From Schmidtea nova (Eukaryota), in contig CM097882.1 of the NCBI GenBank assembly GCA_044892505.1, positions 434,806,001-434,870,000 on the forward strand: DNA of 64,000 nt. The letters are read 5' to 3'. Both the position numbers and the translations under genes were made by a program. Under the pieces are notes generated by a model that was not told the origin of the DNA, did no database searches, and saw only the letters and a list, made by a program, of their open reading frames with translations. Shown here in pieces: positions 1-12,834 of this stretch (the stretch's first letter is position 1; every line of letters starts with the position of its first letter).

Positions 1-2620
1 CAATCTCTCCTAGAATGTTACGACAACGCAAATATTAAGACGAATAATTCGGTAAATAACACTGGAGTGTACCAACATTCAATAGTCACAACATCAACAT
101 TATCACTTCGCGAAAAGGTACATCCTCTCACCAATGAAAAATTGGAATATGTCTGGAAAGAATTTTCGGAACTAGAGGAAAATGGAATTGTCAGAAAATC
201 TCAGTCACCATGGGCATCACCAATACATTTAGTACTCAAGAAAGACGGTACCTACCGACCATGTGGCGACTACAGTAGACTCAACAATGTAACCGTTTAT
301 GATTCTTATCCAATGCCATTAATAAATGAAGTTTTACGCCGTTTAAAGAACGCCAAAATCTTTTCAACAATTGACTTACAGAAAGCATATCACCAAATCC
401 CAATGAATCTCATGGATGTATGCAAAACAGCAGTAATTACACAAATAGGGTTATACGAATATCTCTACATACCTTTTGGACTAAGGAACGCAGCACAAAC
501 CTTCCAGAGACACATCGACAACATACTTGTAAAATTCAACTTTGTTGTCGCATACGTAGACGATATCTTAATAGGGTCCAAAAATACCACTGAACACGAA
601 AAGCATCTTAATTAAGTCTTTAATGCACTACATTCCAATAACTTACAAATGAAACATAAAAAATGTTCGTTCTTTCAAGAAGCCCGTTTTTAGGACACTT
701 CATTAGAAGTGATGGAATTAAACCTTTTCAGGAAAGACTAGATTACATCAAAGATTTTGAACTACCCAAAACGGTGGCACAATTCCGAAGTTTTCTTTGT
801 ACAATAAATTACTGCCACAAATTCATACCTAAGATCTTGGAAATCTTAGCACCAATGACAAATTTGTCGAATGGAAAGAAAAAGGAACTAGTTAGATGGA
901 GCAACGAAGCTCTACACTCTTTTAATAGAGCTAAAGAGTCACTAATATAAATACAAACATTGGCATACATAAAACCAGATCTTCCGATCACCTTGACGAT
1001 GGACTCATCGAATACAGCAGTCGGAGCTGTTTTGCACCAAATCAATCAAAGAACTTCGAACCTTTAGAATTCCATTCACAAAACCTGAACGCGGCACAAC
1101 AGAAGTACTCAAATTTCGACCGTGAACTCTTGGCAGTTTACCTTTCCATTAAACATTTGTCACATATTTTGGAAGGACGAAACTTTACTATATTCACAGA
1201 CCATAAACCTTTGGTACATGCCATAACTATGAGAAACCCATCTCCTCGACAACAGAGACAGATTTTATATATTGCTGAATACAGTCGCACGATCATGTAT
1301 ATGGCTTGCAGAGAAAAAGTTGTTGCAGATTGTCTTTCAAGAAGTTCTTGCGCAAAAGCTCACCATCCACTCCTTTCAGTTGACGAACTCAAGAGGAACA
1401 AGCCAACAGAAAAAGACATATCTGTTTTCTCATCTGGGCACCTCAATCTCGATGACGTCGACTATGACATTTCAATTCCAGGCTGCATGAGACCTATACT
1501 CGCAGTCCCATTACGTAAACTAGCTTTTTCAGCAATCCACGACTTACACCACCCAGGTTCTTCATCAACATATGAATTCTTGAGAACCAGGGTCGTGTGG
1601 CCTTTCATGAGAAAAGATATAAAGATTGGGTATCACAATGTTTGTTTTGTCAACAAAACAAAATAAGCAAAAACACTATACTGCGAATAATGAATTTTCC
1701 AACTGGAAATCGATTTGATGTTGTACACATCGACCTAGTAGGCCCATTACCAATTGATAACGGATTAAGTCACACACTGACTATGATTGACAGAAAAACA
1801 CGTTGGTTTGAAGCAATCCCATTAAAAATAATTAGAGCCGAAAACGTGGTTGTTGTTGGTTGTCCTATTGTTCTTTCACGTACCCAATATGCGAAATATG
1901 TCTTTTTGGATCTTGTATTTGATGAAGATCTGTCTTGTTGGTTGTTTTTTAGAATCGATATTTTGCTTGATTGTTTGTTCTTTAAGTCTTGGGTTTCAAT
2001 TGATGTGTTTGGTTTGTATGTTTGTTCAATGTTGTTTGGTATTGTTGTATTTGTCTCAAAATCATTCGTTTGATTTTAATTTTGGATATTGTTTTGGTGA
2101 ATGTAGCCGTCATTTTGACTTCAAGACATATTTCGCATATTGGGTACGTGAAAGAACAATAGGACAACCAACAAACATCATAACAGATCGCGGAGCACAA
2201 TTTGAATCCCAAATCTTTAAGCATCTCACTAAAAGACTAGGAATCAAACATTTAAGCTCTACAGCATACCACCCGCAGACAAATGGTTTATTAGAACGCT
2301 TTCACAGGACTTTGAAAACCTTTTTGAGAATACTCTCCATCTACAACTTCAGGATCAAATCCTTTTCAACGTCTTTCGGAACACAAACTTCATTACGTTC
2401 CAAGATCATAGATTTTAGAAACAGTCCAACTTTAGAGGAACTCGAGACAGCAAAAGCACACTTCTTCACTATCAACTCAGACCCTCAATTCACAACAAGT
2501 ACCACATACAAACCTTATATCCCAAGAAGCTTTGAAAAAGCAACTCACGTTTGGATCAGAACAACATCTGATTATGGTTTAAAACAGAGATACCTAGGCC
2601 CACACTAACTTGTAAAGATC
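1..2620 (+). pseudogene. pol: Gypsy pol pseudogene (RT 67-950, RNase H ~960-1330, integrase ~1500-2620) with stops, frameshifts and an internal rearrangement
   Basis: ORF fragments 67..615, 663..950, 1130..1666, 1597..1850 and 2165..2608 carry consecutive Pol motifs. Confidence 0.92.
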
Positions 2621-3262
2621 ACTGATAATTACGCACATGTGATCATCGATGGACAAAAATCAGACAATAAACTTAAGTCAATTAAAACCAGCATTAGGTA
2701 TCATCGAACTAACAAATTCACAAGACCATGAAGTCGAACACGTCATAGAAAAAAACCACGATTTCATGGACAATCAAGATTTTAGTACAAGTCAAAATGA
2801 CGGCTACATTCACCAAAACAATATCCAAAATTAAAATCAAACGAATGATTTTGAGACAAATACAACAATACCAAACAACATTGAACAAACATACAAACCA
2901 AACACATCAATTGAAACCCAAGACTTAAAGAACAAACAATCAAGCAAAATATCGATTCTAAAAAACAACCAACAAGACAGATCTTCATCAAATACAAGAT
3001 CCAAAAAGACATATTTCGCATATTGGGTACGTGAAAGAACAATAGGACAACCAATAAATATCCCTACATGGTTGATACGCACCATAAAATAACCTAAAAT
3101 CAGCTATAATAAAATAAACCTATAATAAACCTTTTTTTTCTTATTCTCTACCTCCTCAAAATTGTCGCAAATCTGTAAACATCTGTAAATAAATATGTAA
3201 TTAAAAAGTGTGTTCGTTCAGACAATGGTTTCCACATGCTCCGCCTTTTCCGGGGGATTATA

Positions 3263-3449
3263 TGTAAGTAACTCTTGTATTTACTATATTTTATGTTTTC
3301 GTTTTGTTTTAATGTAAAAAGAAATGCTTGCAAATATTTAAAGCGAAAACTAATTACAAATTAAATAAATCGATTTTTATAAATTCTATAATTCTAAATT
3401 CTTTATTAAATATTATTCTTTATTAAATATTATCTACAATTATCTTACA
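3263..3449 (+). repeat. Putative 3' LTR of the first Gypsy element
   Basis: Starts TGTAAG and ends CTTACA (6-bp inverted termini); preceded by ttttccgggggatta (PPT-like); internal AATAAA. Confidence 0.6.
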
Positions 3450-4104
3450 ATTATCCTATGGACAATATTATTAAAAATATTTCCTTCATTGTCATAACAA
3501 AATGTTAATATATTAAGTCTAAATTATATTTATCTAGTATTGAATCTTTAGCGCCCATTTATGAATTTAACGAATAAATCGCAATTATAGCTGATAATAT
3601 TAATGGAATTAATGTACCTAGGGAACCGCCACTTTGTTTATAAATGATCTTTTGCAAATGTTTACGATTTTTAATATTGACTAGTGATAAAAGAGATATT
3701 TTTTGTTTTTGTAGTACTAATCTTTTGGCTTACATTGCCACAAATTACACTGAAAATAACCTTGAGCAAATCATCAATAACAAAAAGGGGAAAACCATGT
3801 AAAATTGTCATATGTTTATTACAGAGCCTTTATCAAGGCATTAAATGCTGTAAACTGCGTTCAATGTTTATTATTATCAACTTTTGCAACTTTTTTTGTT
3901 TATAATTTAATCCATTTCTTTTTCTTTATCAATTTCTTCTTAATTGATTTCTTTTTAATGATATCTTCTTTAATGATATCTTTTTCACATTGTTTAATAT
4001 GTTTTGTTGTTTATCGAATTTACCAATAACGGGTTGAACAATTAATTTTTTAAATGACATTTTAATTAATTAATTTTATGATTTCAACTTTGTTTATAAA
4101 TTGT

Positions 4105-4480
4105 TATTACTCTTTTATTGAAAAGATCAGTTCTTATACGTAAATCATCAGGAAATTTCTGTGTTAAGTCGAAAAACAAATATCATGTCAAATCATGTAA
4201 AGATTTTAAAAAAATAGGGTAAGCCTGTCTTGGAAGAAAATCAATAATTGTTGCATCTCTAGGGATTTTGAATATAACCAAGTATTGTACATATAAATTC
4301 CAGGTTCTATGATTACCTCCTTGATGGAATAAATTTGTGCAATGAAAATAACTGTATTTTTGCAAAGAAAATGTTGAAATCCTTTTTTATAGGCTTCCTG
4401 ATAAAAATCATTGATAATTAAAATATCATCTTGTCGTAATCTAGATGACCTATTTTTATAAAACCCTTTTATGATGGTCA
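4105..4480 (-). pseudogene. Maverick/Polinton packaging (A32/FtsK-like) ATPase relic
   Basis: Frameshifted fragments NLFHQG..RTWNLYVQYLVIFKIPRD..RQAYP and YLFFDLTQKFPDDLRIRTDLF match the Polinton ATPase C-terminal consensus (QNLFHQG..RTISLN..Y.VLFKNPRD..RQ.YP). Confidence 0.7.
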
Positions 4481-5593
4481 ATTTTAATTTACAAAACTAA
4501 CTTTAAGTCAATCCATGTTCTTCATCGGCTCTCCTGTTCTAATACATTTTATTTAAATTTAATTTAAACATGTTGAATTTTTAAAATTTGCATACAAATA
4601 AAGTTTTTCCACTTCCGCTAAGTCCTACTATTTGATGAACGGCTTCATTTCTAAATTCCATTTTTAATTAATTAATTATTATTGTTTATATTTGTTTCAT
4701 TAATGAAAATTGTGGAGCAAAATCAATTACAAAGGTAAAGATTTAGTCATTGGCATGATATTTCTAAACAGGAAATCGAAACAGGTTGTAGACAAAAGCT
4801 GAAAGTACTTTTCATCATCTTTTTAAGATCTGGCAAGTTTCGGGTAATATGATGCAGGCAACCGGTAAAACCGAGGGATTTTAAATTGAAAATTAAAAAT
4901 GTAGAGATTCAATCAATTATCGTGACGGTCGTTGCCGGAAAAGTCATTAATTTTTACGAATTACAAAAGAAATGTTGCTGGTTCGAAATATTTCCATTAT
5001 TACGCCTACAGAAATTTGATCCAGTATGTGTCAATATAATTTTTAAGGGGCAAAGTTGTTATGCTTGGAATTAAAATTTTGGATTATAAAAATTATGTGT
5101 AAAATATTATTAACAAAATAAATATGATAATTAATTAAATAAATTTTGTTTGCATTAATTGTTTTACCTTGATTGTAAAATTTGAAAATGTCTAGAAGGA
5201 AGAGTATACTTATTTTTTATTTTTTATTTAATTTATTGTTTAGTTTATTATTTTGAAGTTGCCCTTAAAAAGATACAAGAGTTTATCCGACTATAAAAAG
5301 TAGTCGAGATTGTTTTGCCACCCGAATTGTTGATGCATTAAATATATATAATAGTACGGATAATATGTTTTTTATATTTATTTTAATGTTTATGTAGTGA
5401 ATGAATACGTGTGTAAAGAAATTATTGAAAAGCCCGAAAGAGTCCTCCAAAATTATGTGGAGACAGTCGGGATGTATGCTTATATAGTGCAGGGTACTAC
5501 AATAATTCAAAATAAAGATAGAGAACAAATAAATGAATTCCAACATTCAACTATATTTTATAAACAAACAGTTACTCACCTACCAAATTTTCT

Positions 5594-5797
5594 TGGGATA
5601 TCCTTGTAAATGAAATGTGTCTGGGATAACAATATTTGATATGTTAATGTTATTATCTTCTTTGAGAATAGAGATAATTTATTTATTGGTAATTTGAGTA
5701 AAGATAATTCGATTATTCTGGGATATTCTTGTAGATGAAATGTGCCTGGGATAACAATATTTGATAAGCTAATATTACTGTCTTCTGTGAGAATAGA
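5594..5797. repeat. Diverged direct duplication, period ~125 bp
   Basis: tgggatat(c/t)cttgta(a/g)atgaaatgtg(t/c)ctgggataacaatatttgat at 5594 and 5719. Confidence 0.8.
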
Positions 5798-6122
5798 ATT
5801 GTCTTCTCAAATTTGTTTGCCACAATAGTTTAAAAAACTAATCGCTATCACCAATTTGTCTTCTTGTCTTATAATTCCAGTATTAATTTTTAAATACAAA
5901 TTTTTGCTTATTGATTTTTTTTGTTAATAATATATTACTATAGTTAGTAATTTTTTAAATTCAAAAATCAAAATTATATAATAATAAGAATAATAACCAT
6001 GCAAAAATCACAAATGGGGGGGGCACAGCGCACACCACAATCACAATAAAGAGGAAAACAATAGATACTGTACTAAAATTTACACACATATTTCAACAAT
6101 AATAAAAAATTAACAACTCATT

Positions 6123-6125
<3 letters not shown>

Positions 6126-6178
<53 letters not shown>
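6126..6178. repeat. (TA)n microsatellite
   Basis: Perfect TA run. Confidence 0.98.
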
Positions 6179-6180
<2 letters not shown>

Positions 6181-8104
6181 ATTTTATTGGCATTAATATC
6201 GAAGAGCTGCTTGAAACGCACCCCGATATGGTGCTTGGGGCTGGCGCCAAATACGTCGAAAACTGTGTTGTATGCAAGAATACAATGACAGCAATCAGCC
6301 CATATTTTGATTGCCGAAATGAGGAAGGTGTACCATTCAGATATTTAAAACACTAATAAATTCTGAAGATGTTGTCTGTGATACCGAATATTTTATTTAA
6401 ATAAAATTTTATTTAAGATTGATGTGTTTTTCTTGGAGGAAAGTTATTTTTCATGATGTGAGATTTTTAGATTTTTGGAAATTGTGAAAGTCGATTTCTT
6501 TTCGTGGGAATTAGTTCATGGAGAACTGGCCTTTAAAATTCATAATGTTTTTTCTACATTTATTGAAAAAATTTATAAATTATCGAAAAATTTAATTAAA
6601 TTCAAAAGTTTTGAAAATATTTTCAAAAAAGTTAAAATTTTTTTAAAATTTCCCTATATTACACTATCGATTACGGAATAAATATTATTATGTCATTGAT
6701 TAAGAAATAAAAATTTGATATAATCGATTATATAATTGATTATGTGATTATAAATAATTTCGTCATTTTGAAGTATTAAATAATTTTTCTAAACCCCCTA
6801 GAAATTCTGGTATTATCTGTATATTTATTACGTATCTTATACAGTTTAGGAATAAATGGCTTGTTCCAGACCGCTTTTTTCTCTCTACGTGTAAAAATTG
6901 TTTCTATCTGTTTCGAAATTAAGTGATATAATAATCAACAAATTTATAAATTAAATAAATCTTTGCAAAAGGTGTTAAATGAAAATTTTCTACTTAAAAT
7001 CTGTACATTAACTAAGATTTCAAAAAAACAATTTTAATGAAAAAGAAAGTTTTATAAAAATATCTTCTGTTTAAATATTGACAAAATATTTCTGATCGGT
7101 TTAATTGTCTTTATTACAAAGAAATTTCATTAAAACAAATTTTAAAAATGTAAGCATAAATACTCGACATTTTTAATTTTTGATTAAGTATACCTATAAG
7201 GAATTCGATCAATTTCCATTCAAAAGATTTGTAGAAAGAATTTGATCTTAAAATCTATGAAAATTGAAAATGACTTCAAAATGACAGAGTTGATAAATCT
7301 AAAATTTTTACCGTGGAATAACTTATCAAAAACCTTGAATGATCGAAATTGACCTTGAATAATAGATTATTTTCTGGAGAGTTTCTCTTTAATTCCTAAT
7401 TTTATTTTCAAAGAGAATCATATAAACTTGAGGCAATTGTGGAGAAACTGCCAGTTGGTTGAATAGTGAGAAATCAAAATAAAAAGAGCGGAGGCGAATT
7501 AGGAAAAGAAAGCGAACAAAGAATATAAAGAGTTTATAAAGGCGATCTCCCTTTGGGTTACATACCTTGCCATAAAAATAATAAAAGTGCCAATCAAATT
7601 CGATGGAGTTGTGACAATATTGTTTAGAATTATTTTGAATTATAAATAAATTTATTATGTTGGGTGTCTTTATTTAATTTGCATAGAAAGCGCGAGGAGT
7701 CAGGTTACAATACCGACTTTCCAGGTATAACCAATCGCCATTAATTGTGATGGACCCCACTTCCCATGGACGAGTTTACTTGGGATGTACAATTAAGGAG
7801 TTATATAAACAATTAAATATGTTCCGTTTTTTAAAACACAATTAAATTTTTTCATTCATATCAAAAGAAGTTATGGGGTTCGTTTGACAAATGTGAAAGC
7901 CGAGAAATTCATTGTGCTGGAATACACACATTATCTACAACTAATAACCATAGCAACTGTAACAATATTATTTCGGTTTTATTGGTTAAAATTCTTCAAC
8001 TTATATTCTTATTTTAAATTAATTTTTTTTTAATTTGCATTATGTTTTAATATTTTTAAATTTTAATTTTTTTTAAATATATTTCCTTTTTCAACCTTGC
8101 TCAG

Positions 8105-8271
8105 ATGGGTTGGCCTTATTCCACGATTATCTAAAATCCGAATATAGCGAAGAAAACATTGAATTTTGGATAGCATGTGAAGAATTCAAAACGATTACTA
8201 ATCCAAAGAAAATGGCATCGAGAGCTCAGAAAATAATAAAAGACTTTGTGACTACTCAGGCTCCTAAAGAA
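8105..8271 (+). CDS. RGS (regulator of G-protein signalling) domain protein, internal exon
   Basis: [28 protein letters not shown]...[14 protein letters not shown]; acceptor tcag at 8104, donor gtacgc at 8272. Confidence 0.9.
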
Positions 8272-8315
8272 GTACGCTTTTAATATTGGGTAAATTGATG
8301 TTATTCTAATTCTAG

Positions 8316-8774
8316 GTGAACATCGATTCCAAAACCCGACAAATTACATTAGAGAGTATCCAACACCCTAACTCAAACATGTTCGACATGGCCCAGAAAA
8401 GGATCCAGTCTCTAATGGAAATAGATTCTTATCAGCGATTCTTACGTTCCGAAATGTACCAAGCTTTAATGCAAGATATAAAAAAAGCAAGTATTCCAGA
8501 ACCAATCCCAAACTCATTGCCTCCTTCTGCAAAACCGTCTAGTATGATACAATCTGCTCAGAGCAGTGTTGATGTACCAGACTACGATAGCCTACTCTCA
8601 TTAAGAGATATACGCTCTTCGTGTTCATTCAGAAAGAGTAACAAGTCTGAATCAACAACGGCGACGTCAATTATCAGAATAAGCTCTGTCAGATCAACGC
8701 GATCAGATGCAGTGGCGGAAGCTAGCATTCCTCCGAGTTCGTCCGAAAATTGTTTGAAGCATAGCATTAGATAA
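8316..8774 (+). CDS. RGS domain protein, terminal coding exon (end of RGS box plus Ser-rich tail)
   Basis: VNIDSKTR...FDMAQKRIQSLMEIDSYQRFLRSEMY; 44-bp intron 8272-8315 (gt...ag) in frame; TAA at 8772-8774. Confidence 0.9.
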   Translation: MNIDSKTRQITLESIQHPNSNMFDMAQKRIQSLMEIDSYQRFLRSEMYQALMQDIKKASIPEPIPNSLPPSAKPSSMIQSAQSSVDVPDYDSLLSLRDIRSSCSFRKSNKSESTTATSIIRISSVRSTRSDAVAEASIPPSSSENCLKHSIR

Positions 8775-11238
8775 TGACTAGCGGGAATATTATCCTCATT
8801 ATCAGTTATTATGTACTCAAAATTTTGTTTTCGTACGAATTCGGTATTGAATTAAAAGTTAAGTTCGAGTTTAGTTTCATAATAATCATAGAAATTAAAT
8901 CACCACTAAGACATGCAACCGACCTACCCCTCTTGGCAGCATTCAGAGGCGTGAGCTTTTAAACTCAAGCTAAGGAACCGTTTCCCTGGATAGATTCCTC
9001 TATTACGAAATGTTCCAAAAATGTTGTAAAAATTATTATGAAGTAATAAATAGATAAAGTATTGTCCCATCGATGATGTAATAGTTACGCAGAAATGGGT
9101 TTTGTTTAAATGAATTTAAATTCCTAAATCAATGTTAAAATAGTCCAAATATTTTGTATTTATCATTTTACAGTGATGGGTTACAAATTGTATGGAATCG
9201 TAACATATATGCTCATTGCTACCCATAATTTTGTTTATCATTGGTTACCCTGTGATATGCAACGTTAAAACTGTAGCACTACTCGGTGAATGTCCGCAAA
9301 AGGTGGGCATTGTTGCCAATAATGTAGTTACTCAGACATTCATTGGACTATCAATAGCAGCTACAGCACTTTGTACTTCTTCCACTCCTTTAATTATTCC
9401 CTTCTTGGCTTTATAAATAAAGAAATTTATTTATTCCTTATTAGTTAATCTTAGAAAAAAATTTAATTCTTTCGCTATTCTCAAGAGTGATTAGACTGAT
9501 AATTCTATAGTCATAATTTGATAATCAGAAATAATCAAAACCAAAACTTAAATAAAAATAAAATCGAAAAAAACCATTGATACCATTTAACAATGAAAGA
9601 GAATAAGATTCACAAATAAGAATGAAATATACTTTATCCCTGTTATTCTGAGTCACATAGATCAATTTCTACGGCGAGTTTCGTACTTTTCTTTTAAAGC
9701 TGACCAATTATGCTAGTTTTCTTTCTTCGCTTCATCATCACCATTATCCTTTTGCTATACTTCCGTTTTTGTTCATTTTGTCGACTCCAGCAGCTTTCTT
9801 TTTCTCGGACTGGATCGTGCTCTGAGCTTTTTTCACTTCTTCTCTGGCGGAAAATAACTTTTTTCTGGGTATAAGTCAAGGGAGAGAGAACAACAGCTAT
9901 GATTATATAATCCGCTCGCATTTTGTTGTAATTAAAAGTTTTAACAACAATTAAATATTTATTTAATATTTTGGTGAGGGTTAGTCGTAAAAAAATATAT
10001 AGCAGTCACATGTAATTGTTACGACATACATTCATTCAAATAATCAATCGCGCACACTCAATTAAGTCATCAAACACTCATCATTCAATACATGGAAAGA
10101 TAATACAACTTGATTGCATAATAAGCTTCCTCTTACACCCCATTCGCTTTAAACATTTTAATCTATTCAACGTTTCTTATCCTCCTCCGTCTGTTGAAAA
10201 TGATAGCTTCTATTATGTTCTTTTTAATAAATTTTCTTGGTTCTTTGTTTCGATCATCATTTTCTGCTAACTCTCTTTTAATTAGAACAGTATCTTTAAT
10301 TTTAAATGTTCTATTTATTCGTTTCCTTGTACAAGTAGCGTATTATGTTCCAGTTTTCTGATATACTATATTTTAACCGCTGACTTTCATTTCTCTGTTT
10401 TTCCATAAAATCTTTTCTATTTCTTTTTCATATCATTCTCTATCGAATCATTTTTCAAAAATGATTTGTGCGGTATTCATTTAAGTTTTTTTCTAAATTG
10501 TGGAATTTACCTTAAATTCAACACATGTAAGTGTTTCGACTCAGTCTTCACTTTCTTGTCTTTCAATGTAATATCGTTTACATTGATTTGTACATTTGAT
10601 GAATGATAGCAAGAACTATATAATACCTATTTAATACCATATTTGTCTGCTAATTACTTAATTAAAGCAGATATAAATAGCTTTTAGTATTTTTAGTACT
10701 TTTAGTATTCATTTATCTTTGATTACTGATCTCAAGGTTTTTTCGTCTTATTTTGTTGTTGCATACAAAGAGATATATTTACTAAATTAAATAAACTATT
10801 AAATTAAAATTGCAATTTATTCAAATAAATAAAAGAATACCATTTTTTAAAATATATTTTTGCAATATATTTTGTCAGCTCAGCTGTCATCATCAGACTA
10901 TAAGCAAATTCAACAAAATAAAAATTCATCTTATTTATTAGTTTTTACATAATCACACGTGCACGATCCAATTTTGTATGTTTATTTTAGTATTAAATGA
11001 TTTAATCATCAAAGCCTCACAATTCACGTGTTTATAATAATTTTAAAATCCCTTGACAATTTTTTGAAATTGGAAATATGTAATCACTAATAAACGTATA
11101 AATAAGATCAATTTTTACTTTCTCTATATTAACTTCGCGTTTGATTGATTGATTGTGCCACTCAAATTTTGCGACGGCAGACTAACCTACTTCCTCAAAA
11201 AAAAATCAAGCTAATATTTGGCAGGCAGATTTGATGTA

Positions 11239-12516
11239 CGTGGTGCGTTCAATAAGTACAAATGACAAATTTTAGTTTTTTTGTGTAAATAAATAAATAA
11301 ATATAGTTTTTGATTTCAGTTATTGTTTTATTTTATCAAACGCATTAAAATTTTTATTGTGACATTTTGAATTTTCGTCGGTGTAATGATTTCAGACGTT
11401 GAGTATCGCAGCGATATCAAGTTCTTTGTGTTGCAGAAGAAGACGTACAGTGAAATCTACGATCTTTTGCAGTCAACTTACCTACATGACTCCCCATCTC
11501 TGACAACTGTTAAATATTGGGTCAGAGAGTTTAAAGGTGGTCGCACCTCCGTTTTTGATCAAGAAAAATCAGGTCAGCCACAAGAAATTTTTGACACAGT
11601 TGATGAAAAATTGGAGAAGATTGTCCAAGAAGATCGTCGAATCACCATGAAAATGCTGTCAATGAAGCTCAACATCAGTGTTGGTACAGCTCACGCCAAA
11701 TTGAAATACATTGGTATCAGAAAACTGTGCTCCAGATTCGTACCCCGCTTCTTGACTGGTGAAATGATGCGAAACCGCTTGGAGTGCAGTCAGAACAACT
11801 TGAACCTGTGGGACCAGCATGGTGAGACTTTCCTGGCAAATTTAATAACGGAGGATGAAACCTCACTCAGTATGTATTTGCCGGAAACAAAGCGTGAGTC
11901 AGCAGAGTGGAAACTGCCTGGAGAGAAGCCATCTTTGAAGATGCGAACGGGGACAAGTCATGGGCGAGCGATGATGCTTTCCATTTTCTGGGATCATAAA
12001 GGTGTTATTCTCATTGATTTCGCGGATAAAGGCATCACCATCAACGCTGTCTATTACAGCCAACTCGTGGCAACCGCCAGAAAGAATAGACGGAAGCAGA
12101 AGAATACGCCACTATGGTTTCTCCACGACAATGCACCAGTGCACACAGTGGGCTTTTCTCGGGCCACAATTGAAGGTGCTGGACTAGTGCTTGTGGATCA
12201 TCCGCCTTACAGCCCAGATTTGGCACCAAGCGATTTTTACCTCTTTAGACACCTAAAGAAGCATTTGAGAGGCACCCAGTTTGGATGCAAAGACGATTTG
12301 AAGGTTGCCGTGGAGGATTTCTTCAATGCATGTCCCCGAGATTTCTTCAAAAATGCGTTTTCTGAGTTGATTATTCATTGGCGGAAGTGTGTGGAGCGAA
12401 ATGGACATTATGTTGAAAAATGATGCCAACATACGTTAAGCTTGTTGTTTTATAAAAATGGCCCATTTTGGAATTCGTTTTCTTCGTCAGGTCGGGTACT
12501 TATTGAACGCACCACG
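11239..12516 (+). mobile_element. Full-length mariner (DD34D) DNA transposon
   Basis: 21-bp TIRs cgtggtgcgttcaataagtac / gtacttattgaacgcaccacg; TA target duplications at 11237-38 and 12517-18; 1278 bp. Confidence 0.97.
11386..12423 (+). CDS. Mariner transposase, 345 aa, uninterrupted
   Basis: FVPRFL, ITEDET, FLHDNAPVH, YSPDLAPSD; 34 residues between 2nd and 3rd Asp. Confidence 0.97.
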   Translation: MISDVEYRSDIKFFVLQKKTYSEIYDLLQSTYLHDSPSLTTVKYWVREFKGGRTSVFDQEKSGQPQEIFDTVDEKLEKIVQEDRRITMKMLSMKLNISVGTAHAKLKYIGIRKLCSRFVPRFLTGEMMRNRLECSQNNLNLWDQHGETFLANLITEDETSLSMYLPETKRESAEWKLPGEKPSLKMRTGTSHGRAMMLSIFWDHKGVILIDFADKGITINAVYYSQLVATARKNRRKQKNTPLWFLHDNAPVHTVGFSRATIEGAGLVLVDHPPYSPDLAPSDFYLFRHLKKHLRGTQFGCKDDLKVAVEDFFNACPRDFFKNAFSELIIHWRKCVERNGHYVEK

Positions 12517-12834
12517 TAAGGAACACTGCGTGCTATCAAAATTTCAGATTGATCTGATAACGGAAAATGGGTTAATTTAAAGAAAGAATTGATATGTCAG
12601 ATCTAGTGTTATTTCCTTATTTCAATATAAATTCTTATCTATTCATTAACTTCGGATTAAAGAGATAACGTAATTATATCTAAAATATGTTATATAAGTT
12701 TGAATAAATATTTCATAGCATTGAGAACGCATATTGAAATTTCAGTTTTGATAAAAACGTAGAGAGTGAAATATAGAGAGTTTTAAAAACTAGGTTTTTA
12801 CGGTTAAATTATTATTTTATTGAATTTGTATAGA

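Larger units (their letters stand above)
1..3449 (+). mobile_element. Degenerate Ty3/Gypsy LTR retrotransposon (CsRn1/Kabuki-like), 3' part; 5' end outside window
   Basis: RT-RNaseH-integrase order; motifs RPCGDY, PFGLRNAAQTFQR, YVDD, DHKPL, HDLHHPG, HIDLVG, ITDRG, LERFH, YLGP; followed by a G-run PPT and a short LTR. Confidence 0.92.

Noticed and set aside
1850-2608. 252-aa ORF with a hydrophobic N-terminus fused to integrase
   Set aside because: The N-terminus is the antisense reading of the inverted insertion, not a real TM fusion
3640-3860. Polinton adenoviral-type protease remnant
   Set aside because: Only a weak ICG similarity; the catalytic HW motif was not found
7438-7709. Possible solo LTR (TGTGG...TTACA with AATAAA)
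   Set aside because: No target-site duplication and no second copy in the window
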